The notes below the pieces were generated by a model, which did not search any database, had not been told where the DNA came from, and saw only the letters and a list, made by a program, of their open reading frames with translations. A DNA stretch of 63,096 bases, the filler included, from Reticulomyxa filosa (Eukaryota; Protista; Foraminifera): NCBI GenBank assembly GCA_000512085.1. It is 17 parts of 17 records of this genome, joined end to end, with 100 filler letters (N's around TTAATTAATTAA, not from the genome) between each part and the next. Parts side by side here need not be neighbours in the genome. Positions count along the whole stretch, not along the records: positions 23,437 to 26,122 come from ASPP01004607.1; positions 26,223 to 27,531 come from ASPP01003299.1; positions 27,632 to 30,682 come from ASPP01005750.1; positions 30,783 to 32,573 come from ASPP01005095.1; positions 32,674 to 34,799 come from ASPP01024117.1; positions 34,900 to 38,501 come from ASPP01010484.1; 11 more parts are not named here. The stretch is one strand, 5' to 3'. Both the position numbers and the translations under genes were made by a program. Below are positions 23,437 to 36,568 of the stretch, piece by piece. The first letter of the stretch is position 1. Every line of letters begins with the position of its first letter.

Positions 23437-25700
23437 AAGGGGCACATGACAGAGAAAGGGGCTACGACGGAGAAAGGGGTACATGACGGAAAATTCCATG
23501 TCGTGGGGATTACCAACGGCGACCGTGGTAGGACCAACACAAGAAGCAAAAGCGTCAAAGTTGGCGACCGTGTTCGTAAAGGTGTTGCGAAATGGGTCGG
23601 TGGACTGACTTTAGTGGCAGCGAGAAACGGGACTCGAACCCGATAATTGATGGACTGACGGTTATGGCGGAAGAAATACCTCAAGTTCACAATAACAGTA
23701 AAAAAAGAATCTACTTATCTTGTGTTATCATGTTTGTGCGTGTTTCAATACAGTCACCGAAAATATTGAATACTCGAGAAAGACAACACGAGGAAAACAC
23801 TCGGCCAGTGAACACAAGCAATGACGAAATAAAAAAAAAAGCGATTGAAGATAAAGAACGAGAACGCGAGGAAGAAGCAGAAGTGAATAAAAATGAAGAC
23901 GAAAACGAAGACAATAAAGCCGGGCATGGACGCACAAAAAGCACAGTGGCGAATTTCTTTGGCGTGACTGTCGGCGACCAAGTTCGAATATTGGGAAACA
24001 AAACATGTGTGATGTGGAGTTTTCCAATGAAGAGAGTTTATGGTAAGTGGTATGATTTACTTATTTGCTTTGAGAAGAAAAAGTCCTTGATTAGTGTTGA
24101 ATTTTGTTTCAATGTTAGAAAGCAGATTGATGGCAGCAATGACAATGATTTCGATGACGAAGACTAGACAACACCATCTCCACAAGCGCCATAACCGAAA
24201 GTGCAATTCAAGATTGGATACGTGAAGTTTTTTCGAGGGAAAGAAGGAGTGGTGAAATGCATTGGAGAAACAGATTTGATGAAAGGAAGTCGATTTGGAG
24301 TTGAACACATTGAACCCTTATGGCACAATGGCACATCGTGAATGTATGTCGTGGCCATTTCACTCGAGAGGCTCAATTTCTCAAGGAGGGGCGACAAGTA
24401 TCTCAAAGTACTATTTGGTTATTCTCATTTTTGCCTAGAGTGAAGTTATTTGCATTAAATTAGATTTGTTCTTTTAGAAATAATTTTTTTAAATATATAT
24501 AATGCTATGTTGTGTTTTCTTTGTCCGACAGGGTAGTACATACTTTACAACGCAGGTTTGTTATTGTTTATAAACTGCTATTGAGATATAAGGGATATGA
24601 TGACAAATAAACAAAATAAAATTCAATATTTTGCTTTTTTTTTTTTTTTGTTTAAAAAAAGACATGGATGATGGTATATTTGCGCGAAAATGTGTGATCA
24701 GATGTCAGTCGACGAAGACAACGTTTGAAAATACAGCGTAAGAAACCGAGTGAAATTGAGCTTTGGACATCACGGGGCATATAAAATATATTAAAGAAAT
24801 GGATGGCATGTGGATCGGAGAATCAATAAACGCTGGATGGAACGAACAATGCGCTTCAGTGTGATGCATGGACATAGCATAACTCGCTCACACTTCAGCA
24901 TTGCAACCAATGCGCTGCCCGAAGTTCGATCAAGACAGCAAGCACAGCTCGGAAGAGTCCAAAATGGACAGAACAAAGAAAACGACAACTAACATCTTGA
25001 AGTGAGTGAGAAACTGTGGAATTGATCAATGGCATGGCGGCCACGATCCGTTTCATCGGTATCACACATTCCGCGACAGATATGTGTGGAGTGGCACGAT
25101 GGAGTACAAAGGATACGCCACTCTACATATCGACCAAAGCGAGGATTATTTGTGAAAGAAAAAGCAAAACGTCGCCACAGCGATAATCCAAGCCGCCAAT
25201 ATTCGAAACGATGATATTCAGAATGTGAAAACCGGTTTCAAAGTTGCGACACGCCCTCCTGGAGTTTACAAAGGAGTCAGCATTGTGTGTGTGTGTGTGT
25301 GTGTGATCACAGCTATTGTCATTAGAGCAAATCCATCAAACAATGTTGGTTTTTCCAACATTCAAAATGGAGAATAGTCGATTTGTAATTTGGATTGCAT
25401 ATCAAATTAGATTTGTCGCCTATAATCACAAAGAGGATATCCACAATCATCTTCGAGCTCCGTATCGTCAAGTGAACGATCAATGGATCTTTGATGAAAT
25501 CGACATTGAAGGTGCGGTATCCGAATTGGTTCAAAAAGATCAAGGTACTGATTACGACATGAATAAAAAGACAACCTCCAACTTTGATTTATATATAGCT
25601 CAAGAAATGTGTTCATTTCTTTGATCAAGACCAAGTAACATGCAGACATTCAAGAAATATGATCTGTGTCAAAGTATCCATTCGACAGAGAACTCTTTAT
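23437..25700 (+). pseudogene. Decayed multi-CAP-Gly-domain gene
   Basis: Repeated CAP-Gly-like pieces in different frames: GVHDGK, VKVGDRV..GVAKWVG, VGDQVRILGNK and GKEGVVKCIGETDLMKGSRFGVE..HNGT, interrupted by stops and frameshifts. Confidence 0.55.
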
Positions 25701-26025
25701 TCTCACACTCACGTTTGAGCAAATTCCAAGATGTCTGTGAAAAATTTTTACAAATGCAGGATTGTCAAATTATGAAGCAACTTCCATTGGGTTCAATGTC
25801 ATAGTGGAAACACGAAGCATTCAAAAGACGACACCGGCAAATAAGAGAAACTCGATTGTTGTGAAAATTGGCTCTAAGTTTATAGCGAGGAATAATCATC
25901 GAAATGCATACATTAAATCGCTCGTATCAAAACTGATTTTGTGCTTGCTCACATGCGTAAATTTGGATTTTGTATCGTGAGCTCGTGAGACATTGAGTAT
26001 TGATTATTGGTGAAGATATATATAG

Positions 26026-26064
<39 letters not shown>

Positions 26065-26505
26065 TAGGAAGAGCTGTCGCACTTTTTGACTCGAACAACC
26101 ATCGATCATCTTTGCTGGACTGNNNNNNNNNNNNNNNNNNNNNNNNNNNNNNNNNNNNNNNNNNNNTTAATTAATTAANNNNNNNNNNNNNNNNNNNNNN
26201 NNNNNNNNNNNNNNNNNNNNNNGAGAAAATTTTTTAACAATGACGATAAATATTGACATTTTTTTTTATAATTTGAAACTGTAAATAATACTTTTTCTTG
26301 TTATTTACTTTTTGTTTTCTCATGAGATTTTTAATCTGTTTGTCAAAAAAAAAATATTTATTAAAAGATGAATAGTAACAGATAGGCAAATAAAAAATGT
26401 TTTCAAATTTAGCCAAATCACATAGTTCATTAAAAAAATCAATATAACCGCACAAACTAGGGCAAGTGTTAATTGAATTTAAAAAAAAAACCCAACATCA
26501 ACTGA

Positions 26506-27326
26506 ATGACCACCGCTGACACGTATATTTCAAAGAAAAAGGATGGATTACCTTCCAAAGATGATGATGACTGGATAAAAACAGCATTAGATAGCCTAAC
26601 GAATAAGCAAGCAGCGCTATTTAAAAGATGGGTGAACTGTTTCGTGCCAGGCATGAAGACGACGAAAAGTCGATTGATAGTACTGACCCCTTTGCGTTTA
26701 TTGTGCATTCGAAAAAAAAAATTTGGACGCAGTATTCACAAAATAGTGCGACTGATGGACTTTGTGGTTGTGGATGTGAACGATCAAAAAAGCGAAAAAG
26801 AGACACTTGTGACAATTGACACCTGTTCGTTTCCAGCAGACAGCAGTCTTACTCAATCTCGCCAAGCCAAAAGTCTCAAGACATTGCAATTGCAATTTTA
26901 TTTTGTGAAAGATATCGACAAAGAATTTTTGGAGATGTTGCAATGGTTAACCACTTAACTTTTTTCCCAAAACAAATCCCCAATCAAAACTAAATCACAC
27001 AAATAATCAACAACACGAAAAAAAAAAATAGGTGTTTGTACATATTAACAAGAGGACTACCTCCACGATTTGAACCAAAACTAAATATCCCTTTATCATA
27101 TCGTAAAAAAATAGAGGACACAGTCATGCCTGTTCAATACGTAGTAGATCGGTATGTGTCGTCTTGTGACGCTCAAAATGCTAATCGCAATGCTGGAGTT
27201 GCCGCATTTGGGTCTGTGGTCGATTTTGTCTTAAATTTGAATAACTCAGACATCTTCGATTTGAGAACCGCATTTCTGGTTGCAAAAAGATCGAACCATT
27301 CCAACTTTGGGTTGAGTGCAACTTAA
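26506..27326 (+). CDS. CARMIL-like protein N-terminus (PH-like domain plus LRR N-cap); continues beyond the contig
   Basis: SRLIVLTPLRLLCIRKK PH-like strands; intron 26946..27031; then YVSSCD...DFVLNLNNSDIFDL, resembling the CARMIL linker/N-cap. Confidence 0.5.
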
Positions 27327-27857
27327 CAAGAAAGAATGGGAGAGGGGGGAGGAGTGGAGAGAAGAGAGTGTACGTATCCTGAATTTAAAGTAAAGAGAGA
27401 AGAAAAGGGGTCCATTCAAATTTTTTTTCCAAATGGGTCACAAATAAATAATTTAAAAAAAAAAAGGGGGAGAAAAAGAAGTTTATTAAATTGTGGATAG
27501 AATGAAATAATAATAACAACAACAACAACAANNNNNNNNNNNNNNNNNNNNNNNNNNNNNNNNNNNNNNNNNNNNTTAATTAATTAANNNNNNNNNNNNN
27601 NNNNNNNNNNNNNNNNNNNNNNNNNNNNNNNAGGGACGTACAAGTCCATATTTGTTCTGCCCCCTATTTTGATTTTGTAATGGAACAAACTGTTTTTTTT
27701 TTTTCTCACTCCTTTTTTTCACAACAGAATAAAAGTACTTTTGTTAATCAAATAAACGAAAAGACTCAAAAAAGGGCATTCCCTCAAATAATATGTGGAA
27801 AAAAAAAAAAGCACGAGGTAATTCATTTTCGAAGCTGAGACTAAGCTAGACAAACAA

Positions 27858-29060
27858 ATGGACTTTTGTTTTCCAAGTGGAGTAGTGCGTTCTCGAAATG
27901 GAGCCTCCGCTCCGTCGGCAGTGTTGACGCCACAGCATCCGACACACAAGTCGAACCAAACAGTGTGGTTTTTTTTGTATATGGTATCGTACTTTGTGGT
28001 AGTGGTGTACGTGGGATTCCACAACAATCGATATTGGAACACAGTATTTTTCCCGTTGCCATTGCTTTGGTCAATAGTGTTGTACCTGTTTGGAAAGAAG
28101 ATACTGACGAAGATGACAGGATGGAATGGGGGTCGAAGCATGGAGTTGGACGTATTCCAAGCGTTTAGTCATAGTTTTTTTGGCGGCGGTCTGTTTGCAT
28201 TAATGTGGGAAAGCATATTGGGATTGATCGAAATCCTGATATTTTTCGGGTTATCAAAATCAGGGACAAACGACTCAAAGGTTGAAAGTTTGCGTGAAAA
28301 CGATTTTAGCGAATACCAAAACAATGTTCCGGTGCATATATTTCTGTTGTTATATAGCTATCTGATATCAAGTTTGATCGAGGAAATGACAAAGGCATTT
28401 ATCTTACAACACTGTTGCAAGTTATACTTACCGTTCAGTACACACTTGAGTTTGCCCAGTCATTTGATGTCATTCCTGCTTTTAGGCATTGGCGTCGGCA
28501 GTGGGTTTGGCAGCATCGAGGCCATATTGTATGTGTGCATCTACGCTGGGAACGCTTCATTCCTTGCGCAGATCTGGCTGCTTATGGTACGTCTGTTCGT
28601 TACCATACCTTTCCATTCTTTTCTTGGCGTCATTTGGGGAATGGAATTGTCCAAACGTGAAATTCTTGGATGCTACAAAAAATACTCGTGGATTCACATG
28701 GGATGGAAACCTGTCTTTTATCATGGCACTTTCAATTTCTTGAAAGTGGAGTACGTACTTTTGATCTCCAATGTCACCTATGATATCATGGGCTGGAATG
28801 TCCTCGGCGCTGTCATTACCATCCTTTTAATGTCCTTGTTCATCTTGATCACTTGGAAGGATATCAACACCAACTTCACTAATATGCGCAGAATCCAACT
28901 CCAAGATCGGGAACATGAACCCGATGAAGATGACGATGACAAAGATAAGGATATTCCACACACTACTAGTCACACTGTTGATCTCACTCCTATTTCCAAT
29001 ACTCATGATATCACCTCCACCAACACTGGAGAAGACCGTACACATTCTGCTGCTGAATAA
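27858..29060 (+). CDS. PrsW-family (M82) intramembrane protease, 400 aa, intronless
   Basis: Multi-pass hydrophobic protein with four family motifs in order: IEEMTK (EExxK), GFGSIE (FxxxE), PFHSFLG (H) and FYHGTFN (HxxxN). Confidence 0.85.
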   Translation: MDFCFPSGVVRSRNGASAPSAVLTPQHPTHKSNQTVWFFLYMVSYFVVVVYVGFHNNRYWNTVFFPLPLLWSIVLYLFGKKILTKMTGWNGGRSMELDVFQAFSHSFFGGGLFALMWESILGLIEILIFFGLSKSGTNDSKVESLRENDFSEYQNNVPVHIFLLLYSYLISSLIEEMTKAFILQHCCKLYLPFSTHLSLPSHLMSFLLLGIGVGSGFGSIEAILYVCIYAGNASFLAQIWLLMVRLFVTIPFHSFLGVIWGMELSKREILGCYKKYSWIHMGWKPVFYHGTFNFLKVEYVLLISNVTYDIMGWNVLGAVITILLMSLFILITWKDINTNFTNMRRIQLQDREHEPDEDDDDKDKDIPHTTSHTVDLTPISNTHDITSTNTGEDRTHSAAE

Positions 29061-30084
29061 TGATCAATCTTTTCATTGCACCATTTTTTTTTTTTTTTTT
29101 TTTAAAAAATTTTGTTGACAAAATGTGGCTTAAAGCTCAACAAAAAAAAAAAAAAGCTTGTTCCAAATAAGCCACTAAAAAAAAACTTGCTTTCTTTTAA
29201 AAAGTGTGTTTCTTACAAGGATAATTGATTCTTTTCTTATCGTGCAGCAATATCTTTTCTTTCAGTTGCTACAAAGATCCACAGACCACTTGTTTCCTTC
29301 CTCTTTCCTTTTCACCATTCGTTTTCTCTTAAAAAAAAAATGTGTGCTCCGCTACCAATCGCACAAAATTTTGAATTGGTGATGTACTCTGTATTTTTTT
29401 TGTGAAAGCGTTCACGTGAATTGAAACATCAACTTTTGTAGGTACCACATGTTCTTGGCAAACACGCTCGACCTTTACTTTTGGCAGAGCTAGAAATATC
29501 ACAATATTTTCTGAATTTGTTATTTTTTTTAATGAAATAAAAAAAAATTGAGAATGGAATGTTTTGTCATAAGATGAGTTTAAAATCCATGGAAACTATA
29601 CAATATGAAATATAAGGTTTATCATAAAAACCAAAAAAAACAATAAAAAAATACAAACAAAACATTGAAATCTCAATCCGCCTCTTAGTGTAAGCTATCG
29701 GATTTTAAAACTCCAAATGCTTTTCATTTAATTGTTTGCACAGATCCCCAATACGTACAATCAGAAACAAAAATAAGATGAAATCTACACCTTTTCTCTT
29801 TGTCGTGTGCGTCTTGTTTGTTTGTCTTTCTTTGTCTCTTTCTGTCCTTTTTTTTTTCTTTTCACTTTCCACTCAAGATTGAATAGCATCATTTTCGAAG
29901 GGAAAAAAAGAAGGAGAGACCCCCCCCACTTTAAACCTAGCAAAAAAAAAAAAAAACTCACATTCATGTACATAAAAATACAATAAAATGTTGAAAACAC
30001 TGAATAATAAAAAAAAAACAACGAATACAATAAAATAAATAAAGACCAGAGGAGGTTAGAAATATTTTACGTTTTTTTTTTTTT

Positions 30085-30682
30085 TTAAAAAAGGATTATT
30101 GCAAATGAAGCAATGAACGATACAAAAAAATGTAAGGAATGGATGATATGCGAAGTGGATGGCCTTTGCAAAGGATTTGGCGAGACCATGGTTTGGACCA
30201 AAGAGATGAAGAGATAAGGATAAAGATCACAGAAGGATTGATCGACGCAGCCCGTCTGTTTTAAGTGTTTAAACGCCAATAACCTTTCCATTGTCGTGTT
30301 AAAGTTGGAGAACAATTCATAGGCGATTAATCCCAAAGGGTAAATATCTACTGACTCCGAGTACTCATTTTGTTGCACAGCTTCTCCACTTACACCACCA
30401 ATTTGTTCCGGCGCTGCGTACGTTAAAGTTCCTAACCCAATTGTTAATTTTTCTATTTATAATAACAATAAAATAATAATAATAATATTATTTTTTATTA
30501 AAATAACGAAATGAAAAATCAAAGCAAAAGCAAAAAAAAAAAAAAAAAAAAAAGAAAATGAAATGACCAGTGGATACATGGGATTGACAACAATAACGAC
30601 GACGTGATAACAATGGCAAATGTACGCTTAGTCCAAAATCACACAACTTGACAATGCCATTGGAACATAGCAAAATATTGTC
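30085..30682 (-). CDS. eIF2alpha-family protein kinase, C-terminal part (5' truncated)
   Basis: NILL..VKLCDFGLS; intron 30453..30567; then TIGLGTLTYAAPEQ, VDIYPLGLIAYELF, FNTTMER (eIF2AK-type motif) and PLQRPS. Confidence 0.85.
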
Positions 30683-31129
30683 NNNNNNNNNNNNNNNNNN
30701 NNNNNNNNNNNNNNNNNNNNNNNNNNTTAATTAATTAANNNNNNNNNNNNNNNNNNNNNNNNNNNNNNNNNNNNNNNNNNNNGGACATTTTTCAACTGAC
30801 ACTATGACAAGCACCATGTAGGATATTTGACCAAATTCAATGCGATTGCACAATCGGAAATGCATCATTTGACATTACCAAAAGTAATAACGCATTCTAG
30901 TGTATACGACCAAAGGGCATCAAAAAGAGTTTTATAATTCAATGGGCTCAAAGAAGCATTGATACTATATTTGTGTTTCTCACGTAATTCGATGAAAGAT
31001 TGATATGAGTCGACCCTTTCTTTAGACGACAGAAAATGATCCAATGATAAATGTATGAAAAAATTCAAAGAAAATGATTTAAAAAAAAACTGATAATATA
31101 AATTGTTATCAAGATTGATTTGTTTTATT

Positions 31130-32298
31130 TTATTTAATATATTTCATTATAATTTTATCAAAATCGTCGATACATCCAAATTTTATTTGTAAAATTTTGA
31201 TCTAATGTTGAATGATATGTTTAATTTCACTTTTTACCTGTTTAGTTTAATTTATTTATATTTTATAAAAACAAAAACAAAAACAAAAACAAATCATTAC
31301 CAAATTTGAAGGATTAAATACAATCAAGTTAATCTTCATATGATTTGATACTGCTTCATTTTCATCATTTAATCTTCCGATTATATGTATATAATCATGT
31401 CTTCACTTAATAATGGAACACAATATGTTAATTGTTTATAAAAATTATTTTGAACATCAACCCATTCATTATTTCTAATTACAAATTTATATATATCATT
31501 ACATCCACCAAATACTAATATAACGCAATCCACATACACATAACTATAATTTCTTGATTTTGATAATTTATCATATATTTTAATATGATTAAAATAAAAT
31601 TTATTATTATATTCATCATAATTAATTAATATATATGAATTATAATAAAAAAATAACATTTCATTATATGATATTCTTATAAGACAATGATCAGATATTG
31701 TTTGATTGTCTTTAATTGGTAGATTGTAATATTTTATAAATTGATATGTATTTAAATTAAATACACTAATATAATGTGGATAATAAGTGATAAATAACAA
31801 ATTATTATTGATTCCACCAAGTACTGCACGCACTACATGACAACTATTAAAATCTTTTTCAATATTAATTATATTATTATTATTGTCTTTGAAAGTGATC
31901 CATTCATTTTGATTGTTTTCTTTACTTAAATTATCCCAAACGCTTACATATTTCATAATTAATGTATATTTGGAATGTCCACCAAAACACAACAAATTGA
32001 TTTGATTATTGTCTTTGTTGTTATCTACTAATTTCACTACACAGTGTCCCCATAATATAAGATCCTTTGGAAAATCACAAATAAACTTATATTCATTTTT
32101 AATTTTATGATAAGAATAACAAGAGTTTTGGTCGTAGTCTCCACAAATGAGGATTTCATGTTTGTGCAACACACATTGAGCTTGAATAAATGGAACAGTC
32201 AAGTCCTTCAAAGTTTGAAATATCTAGTTAGTCGTTGCTGTTGTTGGTGTCGGCGTTGGCGTTAGTATTGGCACTGTCGCCGTCGTTGAATTTTTCAT
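31130..32298 (-). pseudogene. Kelch-like propeller pseudogene, paralogue of 1574..2991
   Basis: Same motifs (QCVLHKHEILICG, CYSYH, GHCVVKL, AVLGG). Disruptions: an in-frame TAG near 32225, a frameshift near 31395, and a TAG in the last exon (QH*IKILQIKFGCIDDFDKII). Confidence 0.8.
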
Positions 32299-33085
32299 AT
32301 CTTTGTTTCAAATTCAAATATTGACATCATGTGTTTATCAAATACACTCCTACCATCTTCTCAAAGTCAAAGCAATGTCATTGACTTTTTTTTTTAATTA
32401 TGTTTGATATAATCACAAAATATTCAAAAAGGGCAATTTTTTTAAATTATTATTATTATGCTTATTTGTACTTGCTGTATTTAACCAAAAATCGTCCAAG
32501 AGATTGAGTTGATAATCCTCGTCGATCCACTGGTTATCTTCGTTATGTTGGGCTTGCAAAGGAACATTGGACGNNNNNNNNNNNNNNNNNNNNNNNNNNN
32601 NNNNNNNNNNNNNNNNNTTAATTAATTAANNNNNNNNNNNNNNNNNNNNNNNNNNNNNNNNNNNNNNNNNNNNTTGTTAATCATTCATATAGCACAGTAA
32701 CACCACAACAAAAATCATCAACACTAATGTTCTCACGTCCACAAGTTTCAAAAAACTCGACGTCGCAGCATGCACAAAAAAATTATCCGATAATTATTGT
32801 CACTTTTTTTTTTAAATATGGCCTGATTAAAGTTTGTGTGTCTTCAAATATTATTTTTTTTTTACATACAAACGTTGTTGCAAAACAACAAATTAAAACA
32901 CGTTTATCTTCAAAAGTTTCGTTCATAGATTGAAGATTGCAGTGTGGCGTAGGACGTAGAGATTATCTACTCTTTACATTTATCGAATAAAAGAAAAAAG
33001 AAAACAACTATACAAAAAGTGATTTTTCATAGTATTCTACCAGAGAGGGAAAAAAAAGGAAAGGATAAATGAGAAAAAAAAATCA

Positions 33086-34799
33086 CTAATTTTCGTGGTC
33101 AGATTCATTATCTTTGTCATTATTTTCAGTGGGAGATTGATTTCCCGATTCTTTTTGGAAATGACTTGATGGATCATGCAATTCTAATATATCAACAATT
33201 TTACCCAAATTCAAGTCAAGAGCTAATTCACGAGCTGTTTTTCCATCTTTATCTTTCGCCGATTGAGACGCACCATTTTGCAACAACAACTCGAGGGCAA
33301 CAGGCTTATTTTGCAAAGTGGCGATATGCAAAGGAGTGCGATTGTTTTGCGACGGGTCAGGACTCACACAATCTACATTTGCACCTTGGCAAATGGCCTC
33401 CAGCATGGGCAATAAATCTTCGGATTTAGTGCTCTCTAAGAGCAGATTGTTCAATTCTTCATGAGATTTCTGGCTAGCCGGATTGATGAACAGTTTGAAC
33501 ATGTATTTGCCCTTAATGTATTTTTCCCTCTCATTGCTGTAAGTATCGCAAAGACAAGACAAAGAGGCAGAGCGATTTATCTCAAAGTCAAGTATGTTTT
33601 ATGTATACATATTATAAGTTATAAAATAAGTCGATATGTACCGATATATAACGTAACTTTTTTTTTTTTTTTTTTGAATGCAAAATTTTTTTGGAACATA
33701 CCCAGCACTGTTTGAATTACATTTTTCGTAGTCAGAAGGTATGGTGTGTTCCAATATTTTGTTAACCCGTTCATTTCCCAGTCGGTGCAATAGCGTCAGA
33801 GTGCTCATATGGATGTCGTCTAACGAAATGGATCGTATTTTTGAGACGTGAGTTCCCAATGACCGATGAACACCACTACAAGAAATGCATACCATCACAC
33901 CCATGTTGATGGACACCCATTCTGGTTCTTTTTTGCCACAATCCGCGCAAATTGGATTATTTGCTTGAATTTCGTTTTTGATTGTGTGCTTTTGTTTGTT
34001 CACTTCTAATTGGGAGGATGTCCTCGACTTTGGGGTGTCCAATGTCTGTTATCAATTTTTTGGACCATTCCGCCACCCTTCCCCCCCCCCCCCCCCGTTA
34101 CCCCAAAAAAAAATAAAAAAAAAAAAAAAAGTCACTATTAATTTTGGAAAAAACAAACAAAAAAACAACACACCAAACAAAGGCCAAACACAAATTTCAT
34201 ACTCGTCTTCTCAGCAACCGGTGAACTTGATTTTTCAACACGGACGTCCAAGCGATGAAATCTTTTTCGTTTTCGGCTTGTAACGTATACACCCTTCGAG
34301 AAGGGGAGATTAATTCGAAGACGAATTTCAATTCATGGTCAAACCTCTCTTTGACTTTACACAGCATTGTGTCCACCACCAATTCTCTCACCATATTCTT
34401 TCAAAACAGAACAGAGCAGAACATGGCATTGACAACGACATAAAAACAACTTTTCACATTTTTTTTTTTTTTTAAAAAAAAAACAAACGCACACCTACAT
34501 ACATCTTTGGAACGATAATAAGCCAGTTCTCCACTTTCAACTACAAACCATCTTCTCTTCCAGTCCTTTCTCACATTTGTGCTTTGCTTCCACAAGTACC
34601 CAGCAAACATGTCGACATCGTAAGGATCCTTCATGCTTTCTTTGCGACTCATGTCCTCCTTGTCTTTTCGAAAGGGGATGTCATCCGGAGACAGCAGGTT
34701 TTGATACGCAACAGGTTTTTCTTGTTTCGACTCGTCATCGACCTCTTTGTGTCCACTGGCTTTGGGTGAATTGTTAGTGTTAGTGTTAGTGTTAGTGTT
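33086..34799 (-). CDS. ArfGAP with PH, ArfGAP and ankyrin domains (ACAP/centaurin-beta-like); 5' truncated, multi-exon
   Basis: PH: [38 protein letters not shown]. ArfGAP: [43 protein letters not shown]: [27 protein letters not shown]. Confidence 0.93.
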
Positions 34800-34899
34800 N
34801 NNNNNNNNNNNNNNNNNNNNNNNNNNNNNNNNNNNNNNNNNNNTTAATTAATTAANNNNNNNNNNNNNNNNNNNNNNNNNNNNNNNNNNNNNNNNNNNN

Positions 34900-35082
34900 A
34901 AGAATGTTGATTTCATCCAACAAAAAAAAAAGTTATTAAAAACCAATATCATATTTAAAAACTACAAGACTTGTAGATATTTAAAAAAAAAAATTAGGTC
35001 TAAATGTTGATTTTTTATTGAGAAATCAATTATCATCATAAGATATGTTTTAGTCTTTCAGTTTTCTTTGCAACATACTGTA
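34900..35082. mobile_element. Tc1/mariner-like terminal repeat copy
   Basis: Similar to 60661..60808, 61180..61365 and 49172..49262 (ATATTTAAAAACTACA...TTAGGTCT.AATGTTG...TTTGCA...ACTG|TA). Ends in ACTG followed by TA. Confidence 0.7.
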
Positions 35083-36568
35083 ATTTATAATAATATTTAT
35101 TATGTTTTAATTATCTTTTATATTTAAACGTATTCTTTATCATTTACAAAGTATTTTCTGTTTTGTTTAATGACAGAAAATTTTGATAATGCAATAATCA
35201 ACTAAAAATTATATCAAATTATAATAAAAACTATTTTATTAACATTTCATATTAATATTTTAGATTCAATATTGTTTAAATGTTACAATATAGTTCAAAC
35301 TTTATTTATCATTTCGCTTATATCAATGTAAGTATTATATAATATTGACATTATTTCGGTCTTATGATAAATCGAATAATATATGATATTATGCGATATT
35401 TACAATAAAATACTTTACACATGCAAGTCATCAATAAATATTTGTTATTTCTATAAAATATTATTTTTGAAAATATCTTTACATAAAATGTGATAGAATA
35501 TATTATAGATCATATTGATTTACATTCTATAATCGCATTTTTCAACTTAGAAAATATTACAAGTTTCACTTAATATATATCAACTCAATTTATTGCGGTC
35601 ATTTCTTTCTTTTTTGATTACTTGTATCAAATACTTGGACGATACTGTCAGTAAATACACTTCATGCGCAATATTGATGTTTGTTTGGACAGAGTCAATG
35701 TTTGTTTTCACGATATCACAAACATTTTATCATGTAAAGCATTAATCACTTGATAGACTGAATAATCAAATTCACTACCTTATACAGTATACAATCAGCA
35801 GGACCTTAATATCAACACTTTGTTTATATTGTTAGAAAATGCGTTATTAACAATATCTGTCTGCAATATGAATGATATGTCGACTACTATGTGTAAAACA
35901 ATTCAAGTGTTGAACAATCTTTGCCGCTTACGTGCTTTCGCGCTAAATGGTATACCTTTTTTTTCCTACTAAGCGCACGTCCCAAAAAAAATCTCTTTAT
36001 ACTAGTCGTCCTTCTTTTTTACTTTCCTTTGCTTTGTTGTCTTATGTCACTGAAATTATTTCTCCATCTTCTAATGTCAAAGTGGCCTTCTTCAGTTTGA
36101 GTTCTTTTGTCTCATCCAAAAAATTGACTATTGTCATCGAAGCAAGCTTTATTCTAATGTCAATTAAAAAGTTGAATGGTGACAACAAAAACAAAAGAAT
36201 AAAAAACAGAAAATGATAAGTTTTTACAGAAAGTTCGAGAAATGGATTTCAAGATTCACTGGATGATCTTAATCTAATATCTAACACGCGTGCATAGCGC
36301 ATAGATCAATGAAATTTTTTTACGAAACTAATTTCAATTTTATACTGTTGATTTCTGGATTTTAAAATCACGTCTATGGAAGAACTATATGTAAAGAGAT
36401 CACAAAATAATTAAAACGAGACGTATAATCACAAAAGTTTTATTATGTGTTTGAAAGGTTTACAGTGACGTGTCACGGTCTTTTTAAAGAAAATAATAAA
36501 ATTTGAACGGACATGTTTTTCTAATTTGTCTCAATGTGAAAAAAGAAAAGTGAATTGGTTGTATAACG

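Noticed and set aside
31130-32298. In-frame TAG codons as evidence of stop-codon reassignment
   Set aside because: The same locus also has a frameshift, and conserved genes (FARSA, msrB, the aminopropyltransferase) read through in the standard code and end in normal stops.
34773-34799. (TTAGTG)n at a contig end as a telomere
   Set aside because: It lies in the ArfGAP reading frame on the minus strand, encoding an Asn-Thr repeat: a coding microsatellite that broke the assembly.
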